This document shows, one piece after another, positions 10,340 through 23,110 of a stretch of DNA of 60,394 nt. This DNA comes from Sminthopsis crassicaudata (lineage: Eukaryota): positions 333,454,562-333,514,955 of the forward strand of contig NC_133618.1 in the NCBI RefSeq assembly GCF_048593235.1, in the 5' to 3' direction. The position numbers and the translations under genes are program-made. The notes beneath the pieces were generated by a model, which did no database searches, was not told where the DNA came from, and saw only the letters and a list, made by a program, of their open reading frames with translations. Position 1 is the stretch's first letter; the number at the start of each line of letters is the position of its first letter.

Positions 10340-12210
10340 GGAAAGTAGTTATCAAAATCCAGAGTTTCTAAGTCAAAGAAAACAATAACCAAGTAAGGTA
10401 CAAGTACAAAGAAATTATAGTCAGATTCATACAAGATTACACTTCAACTACATAAAGTAAAGAAAAATGTTGAAATATAATATTCCAAAAAAGCAAAAAA
10501 TAAAAGCTTATAACCAAGAACAATTTGCCTTAAAAAGCTGAGCATAATACTAGAGAAAATAGACTTTTTCAACAAAAGAGAGAAATTCCAATTATTTCTA
10601 ATGAATAGACCAACACAGAGCAGAAATTTTGAAATGAAAATAGGAATTGAGAAATACTTAGAAGGGTAAATATATTCAAGTCACTAAAAGGACTAAATGT
10701 TGATGAACTGTTTACATTCCAATAGAGAGAAATGTCTTACTGTCTCTAAAGATTATAGAGGAAAGTTTTTTTAAAAATGCAGGGTTTGGGAGTGATTTTG
10801 TTCTTTTTGTAGGTTTAAGAATGGAAAAGAAATACACTAGAGAATTTTAAAATGAAGAGAATAGAAATTTATTATTTCTCATAATTAGGATTTTTCATGG
10901 AAAAGAACATAAAATATTAGAGGGTATACTTCAGGTAACATTAGTCTCATGAACTTCATTCTTATTTGAACCAGTCAAAGGAGAGATTGAACAATACTTT
11001 TGGTATAGAAATAGATTAAATTGAACAAGGAGAGGAAAGGGATTTTAAAAGGAAGGTAGAGTTGGAGAATACATCGCAAAAAGAAAAATGAACTTCAATT
11101 TCAGAGGGCATATTGTTAGTGAAGATTAAAAGGAAATAGTGTCTAAGACAAGATGAAAAAAGGAAGGGCAATAACATGGTGGGAAAATACTTGATATATG
11201 AAATGCCTTCTCTTTTACTTCCTTCTTTGTAGAGGATAAGGAAGAAGGAAAATAAAAAATAAGCATGCTAGGATGATAAGAATTCACTATTAGCAATCAT
11301 AACCATGATCATTATGAATAGAACTGCATAAAAGAGAAGATAGCAGAATGGATTAGGAAACAATATGTTCACAAGAAACATGAAGATTCACAAAAAAAAA
11401 AAAAAATTGACTTTTTAAAAGTGAAGGGCCACAAAGAAAACTTAAAGGAGGGAAAGGTACCTATATGTGCAAAAATATTTGTGGCAGCCCTTTTTATAGT
11501 GGCTAGAAACTGGAAACTGAATGGATGCCCATCAATTGGAGAATGGCTGAATAATTTATGGTATATGAATGTTATGGAATATTATTGTTCTATAAGAAAC
11601 AATCAGCAAGATAATTTTAGAGAGGCCTGGAGAGATTTACATGAATTGATGTTAAGTGAAATGAGCAGAACCAGGAGATCATTGTACACAGCAACAATAA
11701 GATCATATGACGATTGATTCTGATGGATGTGACTCTTTCCAACAATAAGATGATTGATGCCAGTTTCAATGATCTCGTGATGAAAAGAGTCATCTACACC
11801 CAGAGAAAGGACTGTGGGAACTGAGTATGGATCACAACATAGCATTTTCATTCTTTTTGTTGTTCATTTACATTTTGTTTTCTTATTCATTTTCTTTCCT
11901 TTTTGATCTGATCTTTCTTATGCAGCAAGATAATTGTACAAATATGTTTACATATGTGGGATTTAACATATATGTAGCATGTATTGTATTACTTGTCACC
12001 TAAGAGACAGGAGGGGAGGAAGGAGAGGAAAATTTGGAACACAAAACTATGCAAGGATCAATGATGGAAAATTATCCATGAATATGTTTTGAAGCTAAAA
12101 AGCTTTATTAAAAAAATAAAAATTAAAGTGAAGGGCTAGAGCAGAATGTATTATGCTGCAGAAAAATTCAAAAAATCAAGGGTATTAATCATGGTTTTAT
12201 ACATGAGTAA
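10340..12210 (+). mobile_element. Older L1 (ORF1 end, spacer, ORF2 start) hosting a younger L1 insertion
   Basis: ORF1 C-terminal and EN-start motifs; sequence resumes after the nested insert at aaagtgaagggctagagcagaat. Confidence 0.65.
11430..12124 (+). mobile_element. 5'-truncated young L1 3' end with 12-bp TSD
   Basis: ORF2 C-terminus ICAKIFVAALFIVARNWKLNGCPSIGEWL; poly(A); TSD aaagtgaagggc at 11418-11429 and 12125-12136. Confidence 0.92.
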
Positions 12211-12254
12211 AAGGCAGGGAAAGTAATTATAATAATATAATGACCATTTATATA

Positions 12255-12470
12255 CTTATTGGAGAATTACTAAATACTTTACAAAGATTATCTCATTTGA
12301 TTCTCACAGCAACCCTGGGAAGTATTTTATTCCTTTTCCATAGATGAAACAATAAAGATTGAGTGACTTGTCCAGGTTCACACAGCTAGTAAGCGACTAA
12401 GAAGACAGAATTTTATTTTAGCTCTTCCTGACCCAGTACTCTTGTCATCTGAGCCACTTAACTGCCTCTT
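12255..12470 (-). mobile_element. MIR/MAR-family SINE
   Basis: atctcatttgattctcacagcaaccctggg...gagtgacttgtccaggttcacacagctagtaag. Confidence 0.8.
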
Positions 12471-12649
12471 TATTGCATTATACTTAAAGGCATTGTAGAC
12501 TATAATGTAATAGTCATATTTTATAATGGGGAATCTAAAGCATACACAGATGTCATTCTTTCATACAGAAATGTGTAGAGAAACTGTTTCTGAGAAAGTC
12601 ATTATGACATACAAGGGAAATGCTTTGAAGATACTTTTTTTTTAAATTT

Positions 12650-13680
12650 ATAATGTCATCCTCTGTTCAAGCAGGAAAAGAAATAGATATGCTCCCCATC
12701 ACCCAAAATAATTTCTTCTAAAGAACTTGAATTACTTTCACCACTGATCTAGCTCTTCAAAGGAATGGTGCTGGACCCTGAATTGTCTTGTTATTTTATC
12801 CAACCCCACAAGGCACCAATTAGTCTCTTTAACCAATCCCAAGACAATTCCTGCATAGAACTATTTTATTTCATCCAGTGACTTTTTCTCATTTGATGAA
12901 AGACTTTTTCATGTAGTTTAATGCCTTTGATTGATCGGTTGTTTTAATAAAAGTCTTTTCACATAATAAAGCTATTAGGCCTGGAACATCTTTTTTACAT
13001 CACCTTCAGAATTGATTATATTTAACTTTTTAAAAATTCTATCGAAGTCTTTTTGTTATAAATATAAAGAGACATAGTTCAAGAGACATAGTTTCTGGAT
13101 AATTAATCATTTTATTAATCATGCTAGTAATGATAAAAGGGGTCAGTAGCACTCTCTAATGCCAAAGACCCTCATAGTACCCCTTATGAATGCTCTTACA
13201 AGATTGAACATTCCTGAGAGTGGCAATCAATTATGATTGATTAACAATTAATACAAAAAATAAATATTATAATGAGAGACGTACTCATTCTAAATGAAGG
13301 CAATCTAAAAATGGAATCTATCCCTACCCAAAGACAATGAGCCAGATTTCACCTTAGATTAAATTCTTTGTAAGGTTCTTTACTTGGATGGAGCAACAAG
13401 AGTAATCTCATCCATCAAAAATATCCTTCAGGCTTCTGAAAAATCCTACTCTTAATTCAATATTTAATTATTAATATAAGAAGTAAATGATGATTTCTCT
13501 CACCTAAAAAGAACGCATTGAGATTCCTAACAGTTATAGTTGTAATGTCTATTTCTCCCTGTAATGAAATTTCCTTTTTCTTTAAGTATTTTAGGCTCTA
13601 TGCCTCTTTGTGTTTCCATATTAAGCAGTAATAAGGAACTCCAGCTTTTTCTTCCAAAACCAGATTGCTACATCTGCCTC
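12650..13680 (-). mobile_element. Very old L1-clade ORF2 relic (endonuclease plus downstream region), split by an LTR-like insert
   Basis: Minus-strand KAGV, LNMETQRGIEPKILKEK and LQGEIDITTITVRNLN match the L1 EN motifs KAGVAILI, LNMYAPN and LQGEIDSKTIIVGDLN; 12650-13045 is more diverged. Confidence 0.6.
13054..13290 (-). mobile_element. Partial LTR-like insert
   Basis: Minus strand ends gattaataaaatgattaattatccagaaactatgtctct...ataaca (AATAAA then a CA terminus); the other boundary is uncertain. Confidence 0.45.
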
Positions 13681-14829
13681 TCAAGGTTATAGACTACTCA
13701 GAGAGGTGTGTGGATATTTCTTTTCTTTTGCCATTATCTCAAACCCTAACTAGCTGTGTTCACCACATCACCATTTTGGGGGCCAGTGATTAGCAACCTA
13801 CTTCTATTTATCCATTTAACATTGAGTATTTTCTAAAAAGAGGTATTTTCTTCAAAGATATAGCAAGAACAGGTAGAAAAATTTGCCCTCAGCATCTCCT
13901 CACATCATCTTGGTTTCTGGAAATAATAAGCTCAAAACCTACAAAGCACTTGTCATGCAAAGTTCACATCCAAACGTGGCAGTGCTGTTAGATGATGTTA
14001 GTCCTTGCCTCATTTGGATACTGGGACACCACTCCTTCACCTAAAACAAAAGAAACAAAGAATGAGGAAGACAAAGAACCCAGTCCTGGGTTCACATAGC
14101 TACACAGGACCTCAGGGAGGAGAAGGTTAAAGGATTCTTTACAGCACCATCTAGAACAATATAGTTTGGAAATGATTAGGAAATGATATAGAGGCCCTAG
14201 GCTGGGGCAAGATAAGGCAAGAGTTCACCTATCAGAATCCAAATGTCAGGGACAGAGTCCAAAGTTCTGACAGAAGGAAGATGAGGGAAGATATATTTAA
14301 AGATCATTTTGCCTAAGAACTTCATTTTAGAAATGAGAAAGTTAAGTTCCAAAAAGTCAATATAATTTCTCTAAGGTCAGTGACAAAACCAAATGTTCTG
14401 AATATGAATCTACTACTTTTCCCATGATACTACTACATCATTCTTACTATTTCATGAGTCCATTTGTCAGTAGGTAAAAGATCTATCAATTCAATCCAAA
14501 TTGATAAACATTTATTAGATACTTTGCAGTCAGCCATCTAATGAAGAGAATCTCTTACTCTATACAAGCAAATCCTTGGACAATGGACATGGGCTGACAC
14601 TCAGAGCCTGTCTGGTTTGGTAGAAGCAATTAGAGCTTACACTCCACTAGCATCAAAAACCCAAGGTCATTCCCATAACCCTATAAGACATGAGAAAAGG
14701 ACTTCTATAAAATCATTTTTGCATGCAATTGTATAAATGTGTAATAATAATGATGACAATTAAAATAGCAATATAACAATTATAATATTACATTACAAAA
14801 TGCAATGATACTCATGTCACACAGGTACA

Positions 14830-14990
14830 AAACATCTTACATTTTCCAAAGCATTTGTACTTTCTTTAGTTTATCCTTGCAACAATCCATACAGTAGGCA
14901 GAAGTATTATTATTCCCATTTAACAGATGAGAAAAATGAGATTTGTTAAGGTTACAGTAGAATTGAATCTTCTGACTTCCAATCCAATAT
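14830..14990 (-). mobile_element. MIR fragment
   Basis: tccttgcaacaatcc...attattattcccattttaacagatgagaaaaatgag. Confidence 0.7.
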
Positions 14991-15051
14991 TCTTTGGAAT
15001 GCAAGGCACACGAATGTATGTATAATCAATGTTAGAAAATGTATGAATGAG

Positions 15052-16147
15052 AAAATGGGAAAAAAATTTTATGTCTAAGGGTTCTGATAAAGGCCTCATT
15101 TCTAAAATATATAGAGAATTAACTCAAATTTATAAGAATACAAACCATTCTCCAATTAATAAATAATCAAATGATATGAACATACAATTTTCAGATGAAA
15201 AAATTAAAACTATTTCTAGTTATATGAAAAAAATGCTCCAAATCACTATTGATCATAGAAATCCAAATTAAGACAACTCTGAGGGACCACTATACACATC
15301 TTAGATTGGCTAAGATGACAAGAAAAGATAAATATGAATGTTGGAGGGGGTGTAAGTCACTGATACATTTTAGTGGAGTTCTGAATTGATCCAACTATTC
15401 TGGAACAATGCCAAAAGGGCTATCAAATTATATTTGATCCAGCAGTGTCTCTACTGGGTTTATATCCCAAAGAGATAATAAAAAGAAGGGAAAGGACCCA
15501 CATGTGCAAAACTGTTTGCAGCATCCCTTTTTTGTAGTGGCAAGGAACTGGAGACTGAGTGGATGCCCATCAGTTGGAAAATGGCTAAATAACTTATAGA
15601 ATATGACTGTTATGGAATATTACTTTTCTATAAGAAAAAGAGCTACAGAATGACTTCAGAAAGGCCTGGAAAGACTTGTATGAATTGATGCTAAGTGAAA
15701 CAGAATCAAAAGAATATTGTACAAGGCAACAACATGATTATGCAATGATCAATTCTGATGATGAAAATCAATTTTGAACAATGAGGTGATTCAAGCCAGT
15801 TCCGAAAGACTTGTGATGGAGAGAGCCATCTGGACCCAGAGAGTGGACTATGGGGACTGAATATGGATCACAGCATAGTATTTTCACTTTTTTGTAGTTG
15901 TTTGCTTGCTTTTTTTCTTTCTCATTTTTTCCCTTTTTGATCTAATTTTTCTTGTGCAGCATTATAACTATGGAAAGATGTATAGAAGAATTGCACATGT
16001 TTAACATACATTGGATTACTTGCTGTCTAGGAGATGGGGTAGAAGAAGGGAGGGAGAAAAAAATTTGGACATAAGGTTTTACAAGGGTATATGTTGAAAA
16101 CTATCTTTGTATATATTTTGAAAATAAAAAACTATTGTTTAAAAAAA
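15052..16147 (+). mobile_element. 5'-truncated L1 3' end with a slightly diverged 18-bp TSD
   Basis: ORF2 C-terminal motifs and 3' UTR; TSD agaaaatgtatgaatgag (15034-15051) vs agaaaatgcatgcatgag (16147-16164). Confidence 0.88.
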
Positions 16148-16189
16148 GAAAATGCATGCATGAGTTACAAAGGATTATACTATAATAAT

Positions 16190-16395
16190 ATATTTAGGTA
16201 ATGCTTTAAAATTTATAAAACTTTTTTCCACTACATTTCTTGGGGAAAAAGGAAAGGCATTAATATTATCACCACTTTATGGATAAGGAAACTTTAAGAA
16301 ATAGAGTGCCAAGCCCCATGTCACACAGCCAAGACTCAAATCTAGGTTTTGAGATTCAAATACAATGTTCTTTATATCTGGCCATACTGTTAAGT
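16190..16395 (-). mobile_element. MIR fragment
   Basis: attatccactttatggataaggaaact...ccatgtcacacagc. Confidence 0.65.
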
Positions 16396-18436
16396 CAGAC
16401 AATTTTATTTTTGCACACTCTTCAAGCACTGACTCAGATTCTCAGTTTTGAGCAGCAGTGACTTCTGGGTTTGGGTCTCTTGCTTATAATTTGCTTTCTG
16501 TTCAACATAGGAAGGGACCAAGACTGCTCCAGGAAGTGATCAGAAAATACCAGTATTAAAAAGCATTACAGGTATCCATGCTGACATTCAGAAGGTTCAC
16601 TTACAAAGTGGCTTGTGTTCCAGGGCAAGCCAAGAAAAGACAGAGCTTATCAAAAGGTCATTCAGTAACTGCTCTTCAATATTTGAAATGAAGTCAATGA
16701 CTTGGTAGCATAAGGCACTTCATGCTGCTTTGGGGAAACTACAGTTTGTCACACCTGCCAGTCACCTTTGACAGCTTCTATAATGGTTAGTCCAACATGT
16801 TTTGTTAGAAGCCTTTGCACAGGACTGTGTTCTCTGTAAGCCAGAGGCTAGCACTCAAATGGAAGGCAAGATTTCCAAAAGCATTTTTGTTCATGGAGCA
16901 GGCAGCTAAACTACAAGGGATTACTGTAGCTACAGCTACCTTAAGGCAATTTATAAAACCTCATTCTGTAAAAGCAGTGGAAACACAGGGGAAGAATGAT
17001 TGATGTCAATCAGTTTGCACTTTGCTAGATAGTCTTTAAATCCAAAAGCTGAAATTATAAATATAATTAGATAATATAGCTTTAAGATGAGAAGAGACAC
17101 AATCATTAACTTATACATAATAGGTACTTGTTTCAAATTTAGAAAATTAGTTTTAATTGAATCATGTCCATTTCAGAAAGAAGGAAACTGAGGAGTTCCA
17201 TGGGTATTATACTTCATTTTATTTTATCTTAGTCTGTATTAATGTTTACAAAAACTCAGGTTGGAGATTGGGAATAGTGGTGATGAAAGATAAAGAAATA
17301 AGTGAAAAAAGTTGCTTTTGTGTTTTGTAGACTGAGACATTTTAGCAAATATCCTAAAGGAGAGAAATGAGGATGAGCAAAATAGGCAACTGTGTAAGGC
17401 TTAACATGAAATAATAGATGATAGACAACAAAGGACATTTTAATGACTTTTTTTTTTTTACAAATGCATGGCTTTTAATGCCAAAAATTCTGCTTTCTAT
17501 AACTTATAGTCATTTATTTTGCAATGTCATATCTTAACTAAACTCATGGACAGCCCAGAAAATTAGAATAAGTGCCTCAGCCCATTGAGTGTGTCACCCC
17601 AAATAAAAATTGAGAAAGCGGGATATGGACAAGAGTTACACAGAATAGCTAGATAGGAAAAGCACTAGGGAAAAATGTCTTACAAAGGGCAACATATTGG
17701 AAACAAATGAAGTTCAGTCAAGAAGTATTGTTATACTTCTTGTGTGTGTGACAATGAAGACTAAAAGCCTCAAATGGATGATAATACACGGGACATAATG
17801 TCCAAAGTCTGTGAGCCACAGAGCACACGCACTCTCATCCTTGCTCTGAAGCTCTTTCAAAACTAGAATGTTCTAGGCAACTACCTCCTCTTTTATGGGG
17901 CAGCAAGATTAAATCTGAAATGATACTCAAGTAACTGGTTAAAAGGCAAAGTGAAATTTCTAAGACGATGCAGGCATCAGAAGATATAAAAACTTTTGCA
18001 TTCTCTCCTCTGGTTTAAAATATTAGACACATGAAATCAGCAATTATGAGAATTTAATAAAAACAGGTTAGCAAGGCAAATTAAGGACAATAAGTTAATC
18101 AACCATCTTCTTGGCACTCAAATAGATTTCTTCAACAAATTTTTCCCAAGAGTTCTAATCCACTTCCTGTTTAATTTCTCCCAAGTCCTATCACACAGGA
18201 GCAATTCATAGGCTTTCTTATAAAGCAAAGATGAGTGTTCACCCAAGAGCTCTTTACTCTCCAAAGCTTCTCCTCATCCCCCAACTTTTATTTTTCCAAT
18301 GGGAATAGACCTAGTTGTCTGATTTTGGATAAATTAGTTCACTTCTCTAGGTCTCAGATTCTCTGTCTCTATTGAGGTCATTGAACAAAACCATCTCTTT
18401 AATATCCCTTTGAATTCTAACATTTCACAGTTCTAT

Positions 18437-18677
18437 GGTAAGTCGTGCAAGTAAATATTTAGCAACCAGCTCCCCAGGGGGAAAAAACATATGCATGACA
18501 CTTTAAAGCTGAATTATTAACATTTTCCGCACCATTTTTTAGGTCTAGACAATCAACAGACCAATAAATTAACTCCTGACTTGTAGCTTTTGCCATTTTC
18601 TGAGGAATAAATGCTCACTTTGAAAATTTAACAATCTGTTCTTACAAGCTGGTAGAAGAGCTGCTTCCAGGACATCC
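18437..18677. mobile_element. Non-autonomous hAT DNA transposon (MER113-like deletion derivative)
   Basis: gtaaatatttagcaaccagctc...attattaacattttc...gtctagacaatcaac...gaaaatttaacaatc...ccaggacatccc matches my recollection of this family's ends. Confidence 0.55.
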
Positions 18678-20384
18678 CTCTTTCTATGTATTCATCATTT
18701 CTTTTACTTACTGAAGTTCATAATATCTTAGTCAATGTAACACTATGTATTACCACCTATGTCCCCCTTAGCCTTGCATATAACTATGGGACTCCTCAAT
18801 ACTTCTTGGTTTTTTTGAAGTTATTAGGTATTCCAGTCACTAAATAAAAACCCCCTTCCAGTAAATTATCTTAAGAAACAAACCAGGTTTGACACATAAT
18901 CATCAATAATGAGAATTTAATGAAAACAGGATAGCACAGCAAATCAAGGATTTGCTGTAAAATATATATAATCTTAGCAACCATTCATGTAGATTTCTTA
19001 AACAAATATGCTCTGAAAATTTTATTCTATTTCCCAATTAATTCTTCCTAATTCCCAGTACATCAAGAATAGGATATATCTTGTTCAAAACTTATAGCAC
19101 AGGTGTTATTGGGTCAGTATTCACAGCAATCTTTGTAGACACCATTTCTATTCAAGCCCACAACAATGGCAGATATTGAAAGCTCTAACTTTTTGGTCTA
19201 GCACCTAAATGAAGTTCTCTTTCCATCCCTGCAAGGTGGATCTAAGAGTAATTGTTCTACTCTAACCATTCACTCCACTTCCTCCTTCCCAATAGTCAGA
19301 GGCTCAGTCCCCTCCCTAAGAACTGCCATCTTATCCTGATACTAAACTTTTTGAACCACCTGGTTTTTCTATCAGCCCTACAGCTGAATCCTAAGGATTC
19401 CAAGACGATGACTTTTATCCTGCTGCTTATCCACAAAGACAATTAGGTCATTCCAGAAATTTCTCCCAGCAAGAATGTGAGCTCTTTGAGAGGATTTGTA
19501 TCCACAACACTTACCATGGTGTTTGGCTTCTACTAAGTCTAAGAGATCTCCACAGTCCAGAACACTAAGGTAGCAATTCAATGAACTAAGAACAGAGAAG
19601 GTTAATCACTAGTTTCTAATTGGCTGATTTTTTACCTACTATCCTGCTACCTCCCACATTCCCAGTTGCAGAGCTATACAAGCCCAGACTTTTGGGACTG
19701 CAATCGAATCCAACTTCATATCCACTTCTCCTCCCAGTGCCAGGGAAATCAAAAGGAAAGAAACTTGTCCTGGCTGGGATGGCAACATGTCTGTGCTACA
19801 AAAGAGCTCAGGCAGAGAACTGAGGGATGAAGATAACTGGGAAAGGACATATGTGAGTGGACTTGTGTGGCACTCCACTAAGCCTGGGGAAAGAATTCAG
19901 CATCCATCTTGTCCAATTTCGGTTTCCCTTTGATGTCACTTGGGGCAGAGACAAAGGCTGACAAAGTGTGGTTTGTCACATGTGAAACAAGACTGAGAAA
20001 GGCTGGTAGTACATACCCAAGGGAAACCACAATGAAAAAAGAAAAAGTCAGGAAATGAGTTAAGAAGGAATATAAGGAAAAGGAAGATGAAATTACCAAA
20101 GATCTCAGGAAGAAGAAAACTCAATTAAGAACTTGAGCATAAGTACATAAATCAACAGGAATAATAATAACAACAAAAGGTAAAAAGACCTCCAAAAAAG
20201 GTAAAAACCCAAACAGTATAATTTTAAGTTCTATGAAACCATTAGTGTTTTGGGGCTGCTGTCTAGGATCTATACCCATCCTGTTGTTCATTCACCTATT
20301 ACAATATAAACTTTGATGACATTCAAATTTCTGTACATTTCTTAATAAAAGTTTCCATGTTTTCTTAGCAGGCTGCCTTCTTTT

Positions 20385-20930
20385 TTCATTCATTCATTCT
20401 CCCAATAAACATCTATTAAGTACCTACTATGCTCAGTATACATCCTACATGCTTGAAGAATTATAAAGGTAAATAAGAAAAAGTCATTACCATTAAGAAG
20501 TTTATAATCTAGTAGGATAAAAAATGAAAAAATACAAATAATACAAATTAAAATGCTATTACTACAAAAATACAATCAAAATACAAGACCAGTTTTAGAA
20601 TATGTTTGTAACAAAAATTTGCAGGTAAGTACAAACACAGTACTATGATCAAATGAGAGAATTATTATTATTATTAAATAGTTAAGAGCATCAGGAAAGG
20701 GTCAGAGGCAAAGCCAAAGGGATTTCTGAGCATCTTCTATGATAATGCCTTGAAGTATCTCACGTTAAAGTATCCTAGTTTTAAACCAACTGACTAATCA
20801 ATCATTTTAAGTGCCTGCTATGTTCTCTGTACTACATGCTGGGGGTATAAAGAAAAAAAAAATGAAAGAACCCTTATCCTCAAGCAACTTGTGCTCTGTT
20901 GTGGAAAAAACATGTACACAAGTAACATAG
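20385..20930 (-). mobile_element. L2 3'-end fragments
   Basis: cattcattcattc...aaacatctattaagtacctactatg; aatcaatcattttaagtgcctgctatg...cctcaagcaactt. Confidence 0.65.
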
Positions 20931-21739
20931 GACTAGCCAATAAGACCCAGTGCTTTCAACATGCACAATGCAATATGTTCTGCCTAGAAGGAAACCACAT
21001 GGAGGTTTGGTGGGCTTGCTTCAAGGAATGTGTATTATAATGAGAGACCCTTTCCTCAATTCAGATCATATGACTGCTTCCTGTTGGCTTACTGTAGAGT
21101 GATGAAAAGTCTTTTAACTGGCCACTAAACTGGAACTGATACTGCATACAAAATGCTTTAGTGAACAAATAGAACTCTCTCCCTCTGCTTGGCTGCTTTC
21201 CATTGAGGAGCAAGAAATGCTGTGGACATTTAGGTGGTAAGAAACATAGCATCAATTGAATTTTGCATATACCAAGATATAGCAAATAATTACGCATGCA
21301 TCAGTCATTCAAAATTTACTTACAAACACATAGCATATCACTGAAATTAAGCAAAAGATATGTCATATAATAGGGTTGTCTTCTCATTTCCCAGAAAAAG
21401 AAGATGCTATGTTCAGACTATCAGATGATACCTTAGATATGGTATTATGATACAATGGAAAGCACATTGAACTTCCAATCTGAAGAGAACTGGATTTGAT
21501 CTTTGCTTTCTGTGTGCTCATTGACAATTTATTTGCCTTTTCACAGTCTCATATCTTTAAAAAATACTAGAGATAATATCTGGGATACTCATCTCATCAG
21601 AATGAGGAATCAGTGAGAAATCAGTGAAATAATTTATGCAAAATGCCTTATAAAATTTAAATTACTATATAAATTTTAAATTGCTGTATAAGTGTCTATT
21701 ATTAGATATATAAATTTCTATTATTAGCTTGGAGTACAG

Positions 21740-21990
21740 ACAAAGTATGGGGAAGCAAAGTGATGCAATGGAGAGAGAGCTGGACCTGGAGACAGGAAGT
21801 ACTAAGTTCAAATGTTGCCTCGGATACATGTGACTCTGAGCAAGTCACTTAACCTCTTTTGCCCCAGTTTTCTCATCTGTAAAATGAGCTGGAGAAGGAA
21901 AAGCAAACCACTCCAGTATCTTTGCCAAGAAAACCCCATATAGGATCACAAAGAATAGGACATGACTGAACAATAACAACAACAACAAAC
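21740..21990 (+). mobile_element. MAR1-type SINE
   Basis: caagtcacttaacctct...ctgtaaaatgagctggagaaggaaaagcaaaccactccagtatctttgccaagaaaacccc...gactgaacaataacaacaac. Confidence 0.85.
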
Positions 21991-22049
21991 AAAAGATAAG
22001 ATATAAAGGAGAAGAGATGGGATAGAGAAGAAAACACATTTAGTAAATC

Positions 22050-22270
22050 AGGCTTTTTGCTAAGGTTTTTTTTACTAATATTATCTCATTTGATCCTCAC
22101 AAGAATCCTAGAAGATGAGTACTATATCATCCCCATTTTACAGTTGAAGAAACTGAGGTAAGCAGGTTTAGTGATTTGCCCAGGGTCACAAAGCTATTAA
22201 GTACCTAAAGTCATATTTGAACTCAAGTGTTTCTGATTCTAGACCCAGGGCTCTACCCACTGAGCCATCT
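22050..22270 (-). mobile_element. MIR/MAR-family SINE
   Basis: atctcatttgatcctcacaag...cccattttacagttgaagaaactgagg...gatttgcccagggtcaca. Confidence 0.8.
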
Positions 22271-22799
22271 TGGAGGAAGACATAACATAACATAAATAAA
22301 GGAACAAATAGAAAAATGCAACAGAGGAGTAGCCTAATCAGAGATGTGCTTTAGAAAAATAATTTCATTTTATTATCCTTCTTCAGTATGGAATAATGGA
22401 AAGAGGACTGGCCATCTTGGTTTATATCTTTTCTTCATTTTATCCATTTAGTCCCCTGAGTAAATATAGATATTATCTACATTTTGGGAATGAGGCTTGG
22501 AGAGTATAAAGAGAAGGAGAGTAAAAAAGAGAAGGAAGAGCAGGAGGAAGGAGAGGAAAAGGAGTAGGAAGAGGAGAGTGAGGTAAAAAGAATAAGTTAG
22601 AGTCAGATTGTGGAGAACCTTGAATGCTGACCTAAGGAGTTTGATCTTTTCTGTCAAGATGTTAGCATTCTGGGAGTTGGAAAGATATTCTACCCTTAGA
22701 ATTGAAGTTACACTCCCCTCATCAGTACTTTCCTTTATAAGGGGAAATAGAAGGATAACAGGAAGCAGAAATGCCACTTGCAAATGAATAACTTACTAG

Positions 22800-23110
22800 A
22801 GCCAGAAACCAGCCATTATCAGAGCGTATAATAAAGTAGATGAATCACATAATGGAAACTAGTTGACTGCAGCACATTTCAAAAAATATTCTAAGTTAAT
22901 GTCTAATCAGAAAAGGAGATGATCTATACATATGAGAAATAACAAAGAGGGACGAGAAATAGGCATGTCAGAGTGTTCATTAGTAATTTCCAACAGACAA
23001 AAAGACATGAAAGATCTGCAGTATTCTGGGTGGATTCTGAGTGAATGATCTATGGAAGACAGATAGGAATCCCACAGGATGAGAGGACAAGGAGGGAGTT
23101 ACAAGCGTGA
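22800..23110 (+). mobile_element. RTE-clade LINE 3' fragment
   Basis: Translation TRNRHVRVF...RHERSAVFWVDSE*MIYGRQIGIPQDER resembles the marsupial RTE C-terminus (RWTARVL..RGRPPARWVDPLW..YGRTW...QDE). Confidence 0.55.

Noticed and set aside
11421-11717. 98-aa ORF (and the similar 143-aa ORF at 33010-33441) as host genes
   Set aside because: Both are the L1 ORF2 C-terminus within TSD-bounded truncated L1s.
17719-17742. Perfect 10-bp stem CAAGAAGTAT-tgtt-ATACTTCTTG
   Set aside because: About one such stem is expected by chance in an AT-rich window of this size, and there is no other support.
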